This document shows, piece after piece, positions 43,747 to 52,232 of a stretch of DNA of 64,000 bases; position 1 is the stretch's first letter; every line of letters starts with the position of its first letter. Both the position numbers and the translations under genes were made by a program. The notes beneath the pieces were generated by a model. That model saw only the letters and a list, made by a program, of their open reading frames with translations, was not told where the DNA came from and made no database searches. Origin of the DNA: Dehalococcoidales bacterium (GTDB taxonomy: Bacteria > Chloroflexota > Dehalococcoidia > Dehalococcoidales > RBG-16-60-22); NCBI GenBank assembly GCA_034429595.1, contig DAOUGB010000089.1:1260-65259 (forward strand), read 5' to 3'.

Positions 43747-45455
43747 CAAAAATCAGTAAGGCACAAAAATTCATTTCCGTCGCCAAAGGCGAGTCTCCCG
43801 CCGACCTCATCCTGGCGAACGCCCGGGTGGTCAACACATTTAACGGCGCAGTGGAAAAAGCCAGCGTAGCCGTTTACGACGGTAAAATCGCGGGGGTGGG
43901 CGATTACCAGGAAGCCAGAAAAATAATCGACCTGAAGGGTAAATATATCGCGCCGGGGTTAATCAACGGGCATGTCCACCTGGAGAGCTCGATGCTGGAC
44001 GTGGGGCAGTATGCTCGGGCGGTGGTGCCGCACGGCACGTCAGCCATCGTGACCGACCTGCATGAGATTGCCAACGTCTGTGGGGTGGAGGGCATCAGGT
44101 ACGTGCTGGACAGCGCGCGGCGGCTGCCCTTCGACCTGTTCCTGATGGCGCCTTCCTGCGTGCCGGCCACGCACCTGGAAACCTCCGGGGCGGTTTTGGG
44201 GGCGGAAGACATCAAGAAAATACTGAAATTCAAGGAATGCATCGGGCTGGGTGAAGTGATGAATTACCCCGGCGTTTTATTCGGGGACGAGGGGATGCTG
44301 AAGAAAATAGCGTCCGCTGCCGGCAAAGCGGTGGACGGCCACGCGCCCAGCGTCAGCGGGAAGGACCTGAACGCCTATATCGGGACGGGGATACGTTCCG
44401 ACCACGAGAGCGTCACGCTGGCGGAGGCGGAGGAAAAGCTGCGGCGGGGCATGTACGTGATGATACGGGAAGGCTCCACGGAAAGGAACCTGGAGTCGTT
44501 ACTGCCCCTCGTAACGGACAAAACCTATCCCAGATGTTGCTTTGTAACGGATGACCGCCATGCCGAGGATATTTTACATGACGGGGATATCGACGCTGTG
44601 GTGCGCAAAGCCATCCGGCTGGGGCTCAACCCCGTGCGGGCAATACAGTTAGCCACCATCAATACGGCCGCTTATTTCCGGCTGGCGGGGCTGGGGGCAA
44701 TCGCGCCCGGCTATTACGCCAATCTCATCGTCCTCGATAGCCTGAAAGATTTCACCATCGATACCGTTTATTACCGCGGTAAAGCGGCGGCGCAGGGTGG
44801 CCAGCCGCTCTTCAATCTGCCGGAAGCCGCCGCTAATAAATTGAACCGCACGGTCAAGGTAAAGTCGTTTTCCGTTGACGCCTTAAAGCTAAAAGCCAAA
44901 GGTGCGGAGTCCCTGGCCATCGAGGTGGTGCCGGGGCAGATAATCACCCGCCGGAAACAGGTAAAAGCTACGGTAAAAGACGGCTGTATTGTGCCGGACA
45001 CCGGGCGGGATATTCTCAAAGCGGTGGTGGTGGAGCGGCATAACGCCACGGGAAATATCGGGGTGGGGCTGGTCAGCGGCTTCGGGCTGAAAAAAGGCGC
45101 GCTGGCGTCTTCCACTGCCCACGATTCGCACAACATCGTGGCGGTAGGCACGAGTGACGAGGATATTTACGCGGCGGTCAAAGAAATAGAGCGGATACAA
45201 GGCGGCATCGCGGTGGCGGCCGGGGGCAAGGCGCTGGACAGCCTGGCCACGCCGATAGCCGGACTGCTTTCCGATGAACCGCTGGAAACAGTGGTGGCCG
45301 GGTTGGAGCGACTGGAAAAGCAAGCCAGGGAACGGGGCTGCACGCTGCCGGCGCCTTTCGCGGCGCTGTCCTTCATGGCGCTGCCGGTGATACCGGAATT
45401 GCGGCTGACCGACCTCGGTCTGGTGGATGTTAACGAATTTAAGCTGGTAGAATAA
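43743..45455 (+). CDS. ade: Adenine deaminase
   Basis: 570 aa. GLINGHVHLESSM is an amidohydrolase metal motif, and the overall layout is typical of Ade. Confidence 0.85.
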   Translation: MTKISKAQKFISVAKGESPADLILANARVVNTFNGAVEKASVAVYDGKIAGVGDYQEARKIIDLKGKYIAPGLINGHVHLESSMLDVGQYARAVVPHGTSAIVTDLHEIANVCGVEGIRYVLDSARRLPFDLFLMAPSCVPATHLETSGAVLGAEDIKKILKFKECIGLGEVMNYPGVLFGDEGMLKKIASAAGKAVDGHAPSVSGKDLNAYIGTGIRSDHESVTLAEAEEKLRRGMYVMIREGSTERNLESLLPLVTDKTYPRCCFVTDDRHAEDILHDGDIDAVVRKAIRLGLNPVRAIQLATINTAAYFRLAGLGAIAPGYYANLIVLDSLKDFTIDTVYYRGKAAAQGGQPLFNLPEAAANKLNRTVKVKSFSVDALKLKAKGAESLAIEVVPGQIITRRKQVKATVKDGCIVPDTGRDILKAVVVERHNATGNIGVGLVSGFGLKKGALASSTAHDSHNIVAVGTSDEDIYAAVKEIERIQGGIAVAAGGKALDSLATPIAGLLSDEPLETVVAGLERLEKQARERGCTLPAPFAALSFMALPVIPELRLTDLGLVDVNEFKLVE

Positions 45456-45464
45456 TTAATAGTG

Positions 45465-45583
45465 TCATTGCGAGTCCCGATAAGTATTCCCTTTTTCCCC
45501 GCGAATCGGGACGCGGCAATCTCCTGGATAGGACTTGATAAATGATTGAGATTGCCACGTCGCTAACGCTCCCCGCAATGACG
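45465..45583. repeat. Type-A palindromic MITE-like repeat, copy 4 (with nested extra hairpin TCCCGAT..ATCGGGA)
   Basis: TGTCATTGCGAG ... GACGCGGCAATCTCC ... GAGATTGCCACGTCGC ... CCCCGCAATGAC. Confidence 0.75.
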
Positions 45584-45605
45584 GTGAAATGGGAGACTTT
45601 TTTAA

Positions 45606-46316
45606 ATGCGTCATACTTCGGAAGAACCGGTTTTTGAAAACCGCTATGACGCCGGGCGCAAGCTGGCGGAAAAATTAACGGAATTTACCGGCAGTTCAGC
45701 CATTGTGCTGGCGATACCCAACGGCGGCGTGGCGGTGGCCCTGGGGGTGGCTCTGGCAATCGGTGCGGAGTTCGACCTGGTAATATCGCGGAAAATACCG
45801 CTGCCGCTAAGTCCTGAAGGCGGCTTCGGCTCCGTCACCGACGACGGCACCATCATCCTGGACGAGAATATCGTCAAACACGCGGGCTTGACCCAACAGC
45901 AGATAAACTACCAGGTGAACCAGGTGAGGGCGAACATCAAGCAGCGGAGCCTGCTTTATCATAAAGACCGTCGGCCGCTCGTCATAACGGGTCGCACGGT
46001 GGTTATCGTGGATGACGGACTGGCTTCCGGCTATACGATGAAAGCCGCCATCACATCCATCCGCAAACGCAAACCGGACAGGGTAATCGCGGCGGTGCCG
46101 GTGGGGCCGGAACGCGTCGTTAATGATTTAAAGAAGGTGGCGGATAGAGTGGTTGCCTGCGTTATCGGCACCAACCCGGAGTTCTATGTCTCGGACTACT
46201 ACCGCTACTGGCATGATATTACTGATAGTGAAGTGCTCACCTGTCTGAAAGAGTTCAAAATGAGGCGCGGCGATGGCAGGATAAAACTGCCGGAGAAAAA
46301 AACGGGTAGGCTTTAA
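45606..46316 (+). CDS. Phosphoribosyltransferase-family protein
   Basis: Has the PRPP-binding motif VVIVDDGLASGYTM. Confidence 0.7.
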   Translation: MRHTSEEPVFENRYDAGRKLAEKLTEFTGSSAIVLAIPNGGVAVALGVALAIGAEFDLVISRKIPLPLSPEGGFGSVTDDGTIILDENIVKHAGLTQQQINYQVNQVRANIKQRSLLYHKDRRPLVITGRTVVIVDDGLASGYTMKAAITSIRKRKPDRVIAAVPVGPERVVNDLKKVADRVVACVIGTNPEFYVSDYYRYWHDITDSEVLTCLKEFKMRRGDGRIKLPEKKTGRL

Positions 46317-47062
46317 CCTAACGCCATACCGCCATCGACGGCGATGACCTGCCCGGTAACGTAACGCGCTGCATCGGAAGCTAAAAATGCCACGACTTCC
46401 GCCACATCACGCGGCGAGCCGCTGGTCCCCAGCGGTATATGCTGCAGAAAAGCCTGCTTCTGTTTCTCGTCCAATTTCTCCGTCATCTTCGTCTCGATAA
46501 AGCCGGGGGCGATAGCGTTGGCGGTAATCCCGCGTGAGCCCGCTTCTTTAGCGATGGATTTGGTCAGGCCGATAATCCCGGCCTTGGCGGAAGCGTAGTT
46601 GGCCTGCCCGGCATTGCCCATGAGACCTACCACGCTGGCAATGCTGATGATTCTGCCGGAACGTTGCTTCATCATGTGCCGCAGGACAGCGCGGGTGCAT
46701 AGAAACGCGCTCTTGAGGTCGATATTGAGAACAGTATCCCATTCCTCGTCGGACATGCGCATGATAAGCTGGTCACGCGTCACGCCGGCGTTATTGACCA
46801 GGATATCGACTTTACCCATGGTGCTGACGGCGGTTTCTATCATGCCATTTACATCCGCCGCGGAACTGACATCGGCGGTGACGGCCAGGGCTTTTCTACC
46901 CAGCGCCTTGATTTCATTAGCGGTGCCTTCCAGCGTTTCCGCCGCCGCGGCGATATCATTGACGACGATATCCGCCCCGGCCTCCGCCAGTCTTAGAGCA
47001 ATGGCTTTGCCAATGCCCCGGGCGCTGCCGGTAACGACGGCTACTTTATTCGAGAGGTCCAT
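46313..47062 (-). CDS. fabG: 3-oxoacyl-[ACP] reductase
   Basis: Has VAVVTGSARGIGKAIA, NNAG and YASAKAG (the SDR catalytic YxxxK). ATG 47062 follows AGGAGGT; the longer track ORF runs into a repeat. Confidence 0.85.
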   Translation of the reverse strand: MDLSNKVAVVTGSARGIGKAIALRLAEAGADIVVNDIAAAAETLEGTANEIKALGRKALAVTADVSSAADVNGMIETAVSTMGKVDILVNNAGVTRDQLIMRMSDEEWDTVLNIDLKSAFLCTRAVLRHMMKQRSGRIISIASVVGLMGNAGQANYASAKAGIIGLTKSIAKEAGSRGITANAIAPGFIETKMTEKLDEKQKQAFLQHIPLGTSGSPRDVAEVVAFLASDAARYVTGQVIAVDGGMALG

Positions 47063-47077
47063 GATTACCTCCTGTTT

Positions 47078-47191
47078 AAATCCTTCTCCCACTCTCCCTT
47101 GACGAAAGGAGAGGATGATGGTATTTACCCGTTTATCTCTGTGATGAGTTCATCTTCCCCTCTTTGAAAAAGAGGGGCCGGGGGAGATTTA
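47078..47191. repeat. Type-B composite double-hairpin MITE-like element, copy 2
   Basis: AAATCCTTCTCCCACTCTCCCTT-GACGAA-AGGAGAGGATGATGG, a spacer, then CCCCTCTTT-GAAAA-AGAGGGGCCGGGGGAGATTTA. Its last TTA is the complement of the fabD stop codon. Confidence 0.8.
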
Positions 47192-48109
47192 CTCCAGAGC
47201 CTTTATCGCGTTCAAATCACCGAGGTTCTGGGTGGCGATTTCTTTGTTAATGCGTTTGATAAGCCCCGCCAGCACCCTGCCCGGGCCGATTTCTATAATC
47301 GTGGTAACGTCGTGTTGGACCATATATTCGATGGTGCGAATCCACTGAACCGGGCTGGTGAGCTGTTTGGTAAGCTCGGTTTTTACCTCTTCCGGGGTGG
47401 CGAGGGGCAAAGCGGTCACGTTGCCGATGATCGGGATAGCCGGTTTGTTAAACGCGGTGGCATCCAGGTATTTTATCATGCCATCGACGGCTGGCTGCAT
47501 CAGCGGGGAATGAAAAGCGCCGCTGACCTGGAGCGGCACGGCGCGGCTGGCCCCGGCGGCGGCGGCCAGTTCCATAGCTTTTTTGATATTATCGGCGGCG
47601 CCGCTGATGACAATCTGCCCCGGGGAGTTGATGTTGGCCATAACGGTGTCCGAGGCTTTACAGACCTCGGCGAGTTTAGCTTCATCCAGTCCCATGACGG
47701 CGGACATGGCGCCGGCGCGTTTTTGACCGGCTTCATGCATCAGGCGGCCCCTTTCACGGGCGAGCCGGACGGCAGTGGGAAAATCGAAGACTCCGGCGGC
47801 CAGTAGAGCGGTGTATTCGCCAAGGCTGTGCCCGGCCACGAAAGACGGAGCGGGCAGTTTACGGCCGGAAATTTCCCGCGCGGCTTGAAGGCAGGCGTAA
47901 CCGGCGGTAACGAGGGCGGGCTGGGCGTTGATGGTCTGGCGGAGTTCTTCCTCCGGGCCTTCAAAGCATAATTTAGACAGGGGAAAGCCCAGGGCCTTAT
48001 CCGCCTGTTCAAAGGCCTCTCTGGCTGATTTTACGTTGTCATAGAGGTCGCGGCACATGCCTACGGATTGTGAACCCTGACCGGGAAATACCCAGGCTGT
48101 CTGTGTCAT
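47189..48109 (-). CDS. fabD: Malonyl-CoA:ACP transacylase
   Basis: Has AWVFPGQGSQ and the GHSLGEY active-site Ser motif. ATG 48109 follows GGAGGAGG. Confidence 0.9.
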   Translation of the reverse strand: MTQTAWVFPGQGSQSVGMCRDLYDNVKSAREAFEQADKALGFPLSKLCFEGPEEELRQTINAQPALVTAGYACLQAAREISGRKLPAPSFVAGHSLGEYTALLAAGVFDFPTAVRLARERGRLMHEAGQKRAGAMSAVMGLDEAKLAEVCKASDTVMANINSPGQIVISGAADNIKKAMELAAAAGASRAVPLQVSGAFHSPLMQPAVDGMIKYLDATAFNKPAIPIIGNVTALPLATPEEVKTELTKQLTSPVQWIRTIEYMVQHDVTTIIEIGPGRVLAGLIKRINKEIATQNLGDLNAIKALE

Positions 48110-48215
48110 CTCGGTAGCTAACCTCCTCCGTAGAATTATAAAAGTATAAAAAAACCCCTTCAGGTACGGATTCAATAGACGAATCAGTAAAGGGGTCTTT
48201 TATACTATCGCTGGG

Positions 48216-48416
48216 CTAGCCGGCGGCCTTCTTGGGCGATTTTATCTTAATGACTTCCCGGCCCTGATAAGTGCCGCAGGTAGGGCAGGCGCGGTGGGGC
48301 ATTATCGCGGTATGGCACTGGGGACATTCCACCAGCGCCGGAGGCGTTAAGGCGTTATGACTTAGCCGCTGCGCGGCACGAGACTTGCTCTTTTTGCGTT
48401 TTGGTAAAGCTCCCAT
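48216..48416 (-). CDS. rpmF: 50S ribosomal protein L32
   Basis: ALPKRKKSKSR...CPQC...CPTCG is the L32 pattern. Confidence 0.9.
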   Translation of the reverse strand: MGALPKRKKSKSRAAQRLSHNALTPPALVECPQCHTAIMPHRACPTCGTYQGREVIKIKSPKKAAG

Positions 48417-48453
48417 ATCTAACTCCGTTCTTCAGGGTCTATTATAACAGAAA

Positions 48454-48963
48454 TTACTTAAAGTCCGCCAGCTTTGACCAGCGGGGGTCGATTTTCTCGG
48501 GGGGACAAGCGCATTTGCCCTGGTTCAGGTTCTTGCCGCAGGTGACGCAGAGCCCGGCGCAGTCTTTTCTACAGAGCGGTTTCATCGGGACGGCAAGTAA
48601 AGCGTACTGGCGGACTGCCTCCGTCAGGTCGAGGATGTGCTGCTCATTGATGGTAAAGGAGCCGGACTCCTCCGGCTGGGCCACCGGCGCGCCGCTCTGC
48701 ACATCTATCGTGGGAAAAAACTCCTCGTTAAACTTTATTTTTACCGGGTGCCGGAAACTGCCCAGACACCGGCTGCAGAACAGTTCCAGTTCCGTGTTCA
48801 GCGCACACTTGACGAGGATACTGCGCTGGGTGCGGAGCATGTTGCAGTTGCCCTGAATTCTATTCTTTTTCCCCTCACCGGTAATATCAATAACCTCATC
48901 GACTTGAAAGTCACGCATGGAACCGATGGGCTCGCGCAGCAGTTGGGCTACATTAACATCCAT
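48454..48963 (-). CDS. yceD: YceD/DUF177 family protein
   Basis: Has the conserved position upstream of rpmF, and the CSRCL...C..C pattern. Confidence 0.8.
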   Translation of the reverse strand: MDVNVAQLLREPIGSMRDFQVDEVIDITGEGKKNRIQGNCNMLRTQRSILVKCALNTELELFCSRCLGSFRHPVKIKFNEEFFPTIDVQSGAPVAQPEESGSFTINEQHILDLTEAVRQYALLAVPMKPLCRKDCAGLCVTCGKNLNQGKCACPPEKIDPRWSKLADFK

Positions 48964-49063
48964 GCCGCCTCACCTCCACTCCGGGATAATCATAACAATT
49001 AAATATTATAGGGGATAGGCAGCGATTCTGGCAAGACGATATGTCAGCAGGTTTACCTCTGCA

Positions 49064-49492
49064 TCAGGCAATTTCAGCCAGGAGGATATCGAAGGTAAGG
49101 TCTTTGCCCGCCAGCGGATGGTTGGCATCCAGCGTCAGGCTTTTTTCCGAGACATCGGTGACTCTGACCATGAAGGTCGTTCCGTCATTATGGCGTACCT
49201 GCAGCATCTGGTCGACTTTAGGCTCGATGTTCGGCGGGACATTTTTACGGTCAACCACCATGACCATTTTGTCCTGGCGCGGGCCATAGGCTTGCTCCGC
49301 GGGGATTTGCACGGTCTTGGACTCGCCGGGTTCCATGCCGACGACAGCCGTGTCAAAACCTTCAATTACCTTGCCGTCCCCGACCACAAATTCCATCGGC
49401 TTGTTCTCGTCAGACGTATCGAATACCGTGCCGTCCGCCAATTTGCCGGTGTAATGGACTTTCACCGTATCTCCGTTTTTTACTTTAGCCAT
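49064..49492 (-). CDS. slyD: FKBP-type peptidyl-prolyl cis-trans isomerase (SlyD-like, with IF insert)
   Basis: Has GDTVKVHYTGKLADGTVFDTS and NHPLAGKDLTFDI. Confidence 0.8.
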   Translation of the reverse strand: MAKVKNGDTVKVHYTGKLADGTVFDTSDENKPMEFVVGDGKVIEGFDTAVVGMEPGESKTVQIPAEQAYGPRQDKMVMVVDRKNVPPNIEPKVDQMLQVRHNDGTTFMVRVTDVSEKSLTLDANHPLAGKDLTFDILLAEIA

Positions 49493-49717
49493 GACTTTCT
49501 CCTTTTGTTTTATTGCCCGTATGAAATGCCGTAAAAAGAAACAGAATATCCTAGGGAATAATGAAAACAGGGAAAACCGGAATTAATTGGAAGGGGGAAT
49601 GACCATCAGCAGATTTGGCCAAGAGGGGAGTAACGGAACACTTTTCTATTGTAGTTAAAGTCTAACACATTACAGGGGTGAGGTAAACCCCTGCATACGG
49701 GAGAGGAATTTATGGTG

Positions 49718-49776
49718 GCATAAAATACTTGCGATTCCCGGCATAAAATACTTGCGATTCCCGGCATAAAGTGCCG
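49718..49776. repeat. Tandem direct repeat, 23-nt unit GCATAAAATACTTGCGATTCCCG x2 plus a partial third
   Basis: Two exact adjacent copies at 49718-49740 and 49741-49763, then GCATAAAGTGCCG. Confidence 0.85.
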
Positions 49777-49804
49777 ATAATGGTATGAACGGGAAGGAAC
49801 GGCG

Positions 49805-49942
49805 ATGAGACGGGACAGAAACACGGGGCAGATATACAAGAGTTTCTGGGACTGGCTGTTTAATGGCGGGCACCTTATGTGGATAATACTGATATTCTTT
49901 GCCTACGGGTGGTATCTGGGGTCAACGGATGAGGTGAAATAA
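49805..49942 (+). CDS. Possible 45-aa membrane micro-protein
   Basis: MRRDRNTGQIYKSFWDWLFNGGHLMWIILIFFAYGWYLGSTDEVK. Has a GGAAGGA RBS and a possible TTGCGA-N18-GATAAT promoter (49752-49781) that overlaps the tandem repeat. Confidence 0.3.
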   Translation: MRRDRNTGQIYKSFWDWLFNGGHLMWIILIFFAYGWYLGSTDEVK

Positions 49943-49944
49943 CC

Positions 49945-51126
49945 TTACCCCTTCAGCTTTTTAATCATCATTGGGACAACCTGGAAAAGGTCGCCGACGA
50001 TGCCGTAATGCGCCACCTGGAAGATGGGGGCGTCCGGGTTATCGTTAATCGCCACGATGCAATCGGATGTCTGCATACCCGCTAAATGCTGGATAGCGCC
50101 GGAAATGCCGCAGGCGATATAAAGCTTGGGGCAGACGGTCTTGCCGGTCTGGCCCACCTGATGGCTATAGGGTATCCACCCCTCGTCCACCGCCGCGCGG
50201 GAAGAGCCTAAAGCCGCGCCCATCGTCTCCGCCAGCTCCTCTAGGAGCTTAAAGTTCTCCGCTTTGCCCAGGCCGCGCCCGCCGGAAACGATGATATCCG
50301 CGTCCTCCAGCTTAACTTTTTCCGTCAGGTCTTCCACAAAGCTTAATAATTTGGTTCTAGCGGTGACACTCTCTTTTTTAAAATCAACTTTAATGATTTG
50401 CCCCTTACGGCTGGGGTCGGAATTGGTTTGCTTAAAGACGCGGGGGCGCACCGTGGACATCTGGGGCCGCTTATTGGGGCAGAGAATGGTGGCCAGAATG
50501 TTGCCGCCGAAGGTGGGGCGGGTCTGCAGGAGAAGTCGTTTTTCTGTATCTATATCGAGGCCGGTGCAGTCGGCGGTCAGGCCGGTGTTCAGGATGGCCG
50601 CCACGCGGGGGAAGAAGGAGCGGCCTAAAGCGGTGGCGCCGGCCAGGACAACCTCCGGCTTATGTTCTTTAATCAGGTTGAGCAGGCTGTGAGTGAGATA
50701 ATCTTCCTGGTTATCCGCTAAATCCTGGTTATCGACTAAATACACCTTGTCCGCGCCCTGGGCAATCAGATTTTCCACATCGGCAATATTGTGCCCTAAA
50801 GCGACGGCGCAGAGTTCCGTCTTTAAAGTGTCCGCCAATTCCCGGCCGCGAGACAAAAGCTCGTAGCCGACCTTTTTCAGCGCGCCTTGACGGGTTTCCG
50901 CAAAGACCCAGACGCCGCGGGAGTTGTTACTATCGGGGGTAGCGGCTGCCTGGATTTTTTCCATGGTGATAGCGTCATAATTGCAGACATCCCGGCAGGC
51001 GCCGCAAAGCGTGCAGCCTTCCTTGATGTTGATTTTATTATCCGCAAATTCCAGTATGCCAAAAGGGCACGCCGGTACACAGCTGCCGCAGACGACGCAT
51101 TTTTCGGGGTCGATAATTATTCCCAT
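49945..51126 (-). CDS. Electron transfer flavoprotein alpha subunit with N-terminal 2x[4Fe-4S] ferredoxin domain (CarE/FixB-like)
   Basis: CVVCGSCVPACP and CTLCGACRDVC, followed by the ETF-alpha FAD-binding region (ACGISGAIQHLAGM). Confidence 0.85.
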   Translation of the reverse strand: MGIIIDPEKCVVCGSCVPACPFGILEFADNKINIKEGCTLCGACRDVCNYDAITMEKIQAAATPDSNNSRGVWVFAETRQGALKKVGYELLSRGRELADTLKTELCAVALGHNIADVENLIAQGADKVYLVDNQDLADNQEDYLTHSLLNLIKEHKPEVVLAGATALGRSFFPRVAAILNTGLTADCTGLDIDTEKRLLLQTRPTFGGNILATILCPNKRPQMSTVRPRVFKQTNSDPSRKGQIIKVDFKKESVTARTKLLSFVEDLTEKVKLEDADIIVSGGRGLGKAENFKLLEELAETMGAALGSSRAAVDEGWIPYSHQVGQTGKTVCPKLYIACGISGAIQHLAGMQTSDCIVAINDNPDAPIFQVAHYGIVGDLFQVVPMMIKKLKG

Positions 51127-51136
51127 AACAATTAAA

Positions 51137-51349
51137 TCAGCCTTTCTTGGGGGCCGGTTTTTCCAGCGTAATCGCTTTAAAGCTGCAAGCCTCCACGCAC
51201 TTGCCGCAGGAAATGCAGCCTTCTTTCACCGTGCTTTTCATATCCACCAGTTCCAGCACGTTCACCGGGCAGACGTAGGTGCAGGCCCCGCACCCCGTAC
51301 ATTTTAACCTGTCTATTTTTACGCCCAAGGTCTTAAATCCCTCTCTCAC
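51137..51349 (-). CDS. 4Fe-4S dicluster ferredoxin
   Basis: Has CTGCGACTYVCP and CISCGKCVEAC. The real start may be TTG 51328, because the first 7 codons of the track ORF lie inside a type-B repeat. Confidence 0.7.
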   Translation of the reverse strand: MREGFKTLGVKIDRLKCTGCGACTYVCPVNVLELVDMKSTVKEGCISCGKCVEACSFKAITLEKPAPKKG

Positions 51350-51449
51350 TCTCCCTTTTTCAAAGGGAGAAGATGATTAGCTAAACCATATTATCTTTGT
51401 TTATATTCAATCTTCCCCTCTTTAGAAAAGAGGGGCAAGGGGAGATTTA
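51335..51449. repeat. Type-B composite double-hairpin MITE-like element, copy 3
   Basis: AAATCCCTCTCTCACTCTCCCTTTTTCAAAGGGAGAAGATGATTAG, a spacer, then CCCCTCTTT-AGAAA-AGAGGGGCAAGGGGAGATTTA. Its terminal TTA is the complement of the etfB stop codon. Confidence 0.8.
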
Positions 51450-52232
51450 TATCAGCCTGGTTTCCTTCAGTTTATCGATTAAGGTATCCACCTGCTTGTC
51501 AATTTCTCCGGAGAGGATTTCCGCCTTGGTGACGCGCTGCGGGAAGAATATTTTCATGACCTGCGTTGAAGAACCGGCCAGCCCCACGGAATTGGGGTCG
51601 AGGCCGAGTTCGGCGTTCGTCCAGGTGGTAATCTTATGGCTCTTGGATTTCATGATGCCGCGCAAAGAGGGGAGGCGGGGGGTATTGATTTCTTTGGCGA
51701 CAGTAATAACGGCGGGGAGGGTAGTCTCGATGACCTCATGGCCGTCCTCCACCGCGCGGGTAACACGGATGTATTTATCCTTGATTTCCTCTATCTTGCT
51801 GACGTAAGCGATAAAAGGGACGCCGAGCATCTCCGCCATTTCCGGCCCGACCTGCCCGGTATCGCCGTCAACGGTCTGGCGGCCGCAGATGATGATATCG
51901 TACGCGCCCATCTTTTTGACAGCCCCGGCCAACGTATTGGCGGTGGCCCAGGTATCCGCAGTGGCGAAAGCGCGGTCAGAGAGCAGGATGGTATCATCCG
52001 CGCCTAAAGAAACGGCCTCTTTCAAAGCGGCATCGGCCTGCGGGGGGCCCATCGTGAGGACAGTGACCTTGCCGCCGAGTTTTTCCTTAAGGCGCACGCC
52101 TTCTTCCAGCGCGTAGGTATCGAAAGGGTTGATGATATTGGGGATACCCTGACGGATTAAACTATTCGTTTGGGGGTCTATCTTAACTTCCGTGGTGCCG
52201 GGCACCTGCTTCAGGCAGACGATGATGTTCAT
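51447..52232 (-). CDS. etfB: Electron transfer flavoprotein beta subunit
   Basis: MNIIVCLKQVPGT and the overall ETF-beta pattern. Overlaps the upstream gene by 4 nt. Confidence 0.9.
   Translation of the reverse strand: MNIIVCLKQVPGTTEVKIDPQTNSLIRQGIPNIINPFDTYALEEGVRLKEKLGGKVTVLTMGPPQADAALKEAVSLGADDTILLSDRAFATADTWATANTLAGAVKKMGAYDIIICGRQTVDGDTGQVGPEMAEMLGVPFIAYVSKIEEIKDKYIRVTRAVEDGHEVIETTLPAVITVAKEINTPRLPSLRGIMKSKSHKITTWTNAELGLDPNSVGLAGSSTQVMKIFFPQRVTKAEILSGEIDKQVDTLIDKLKETRLI

Noticed and set aside
47063-48175. N-terminal extensions of the track ORFs for fabG (to 47092) and fabD (to 48175). The HerA-like ORF (to 62161) and the ferredoxin ORF (to 51349) have similar extensions.
   Set aside because: The extensions read into type-B repeat elements or a terminator-like hairpin. 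Internal ATG/TTG codons with good Shine-Dalgarno sequences give N-termini that match the protein families.
49718-49776. Possible CRISPR array or other repeat-spacer structure.
   Set aside because: There are only 2.4 directly abutting 23-nt units with no spacers, and no cas genes in the window. It is a simple tandem duplication.
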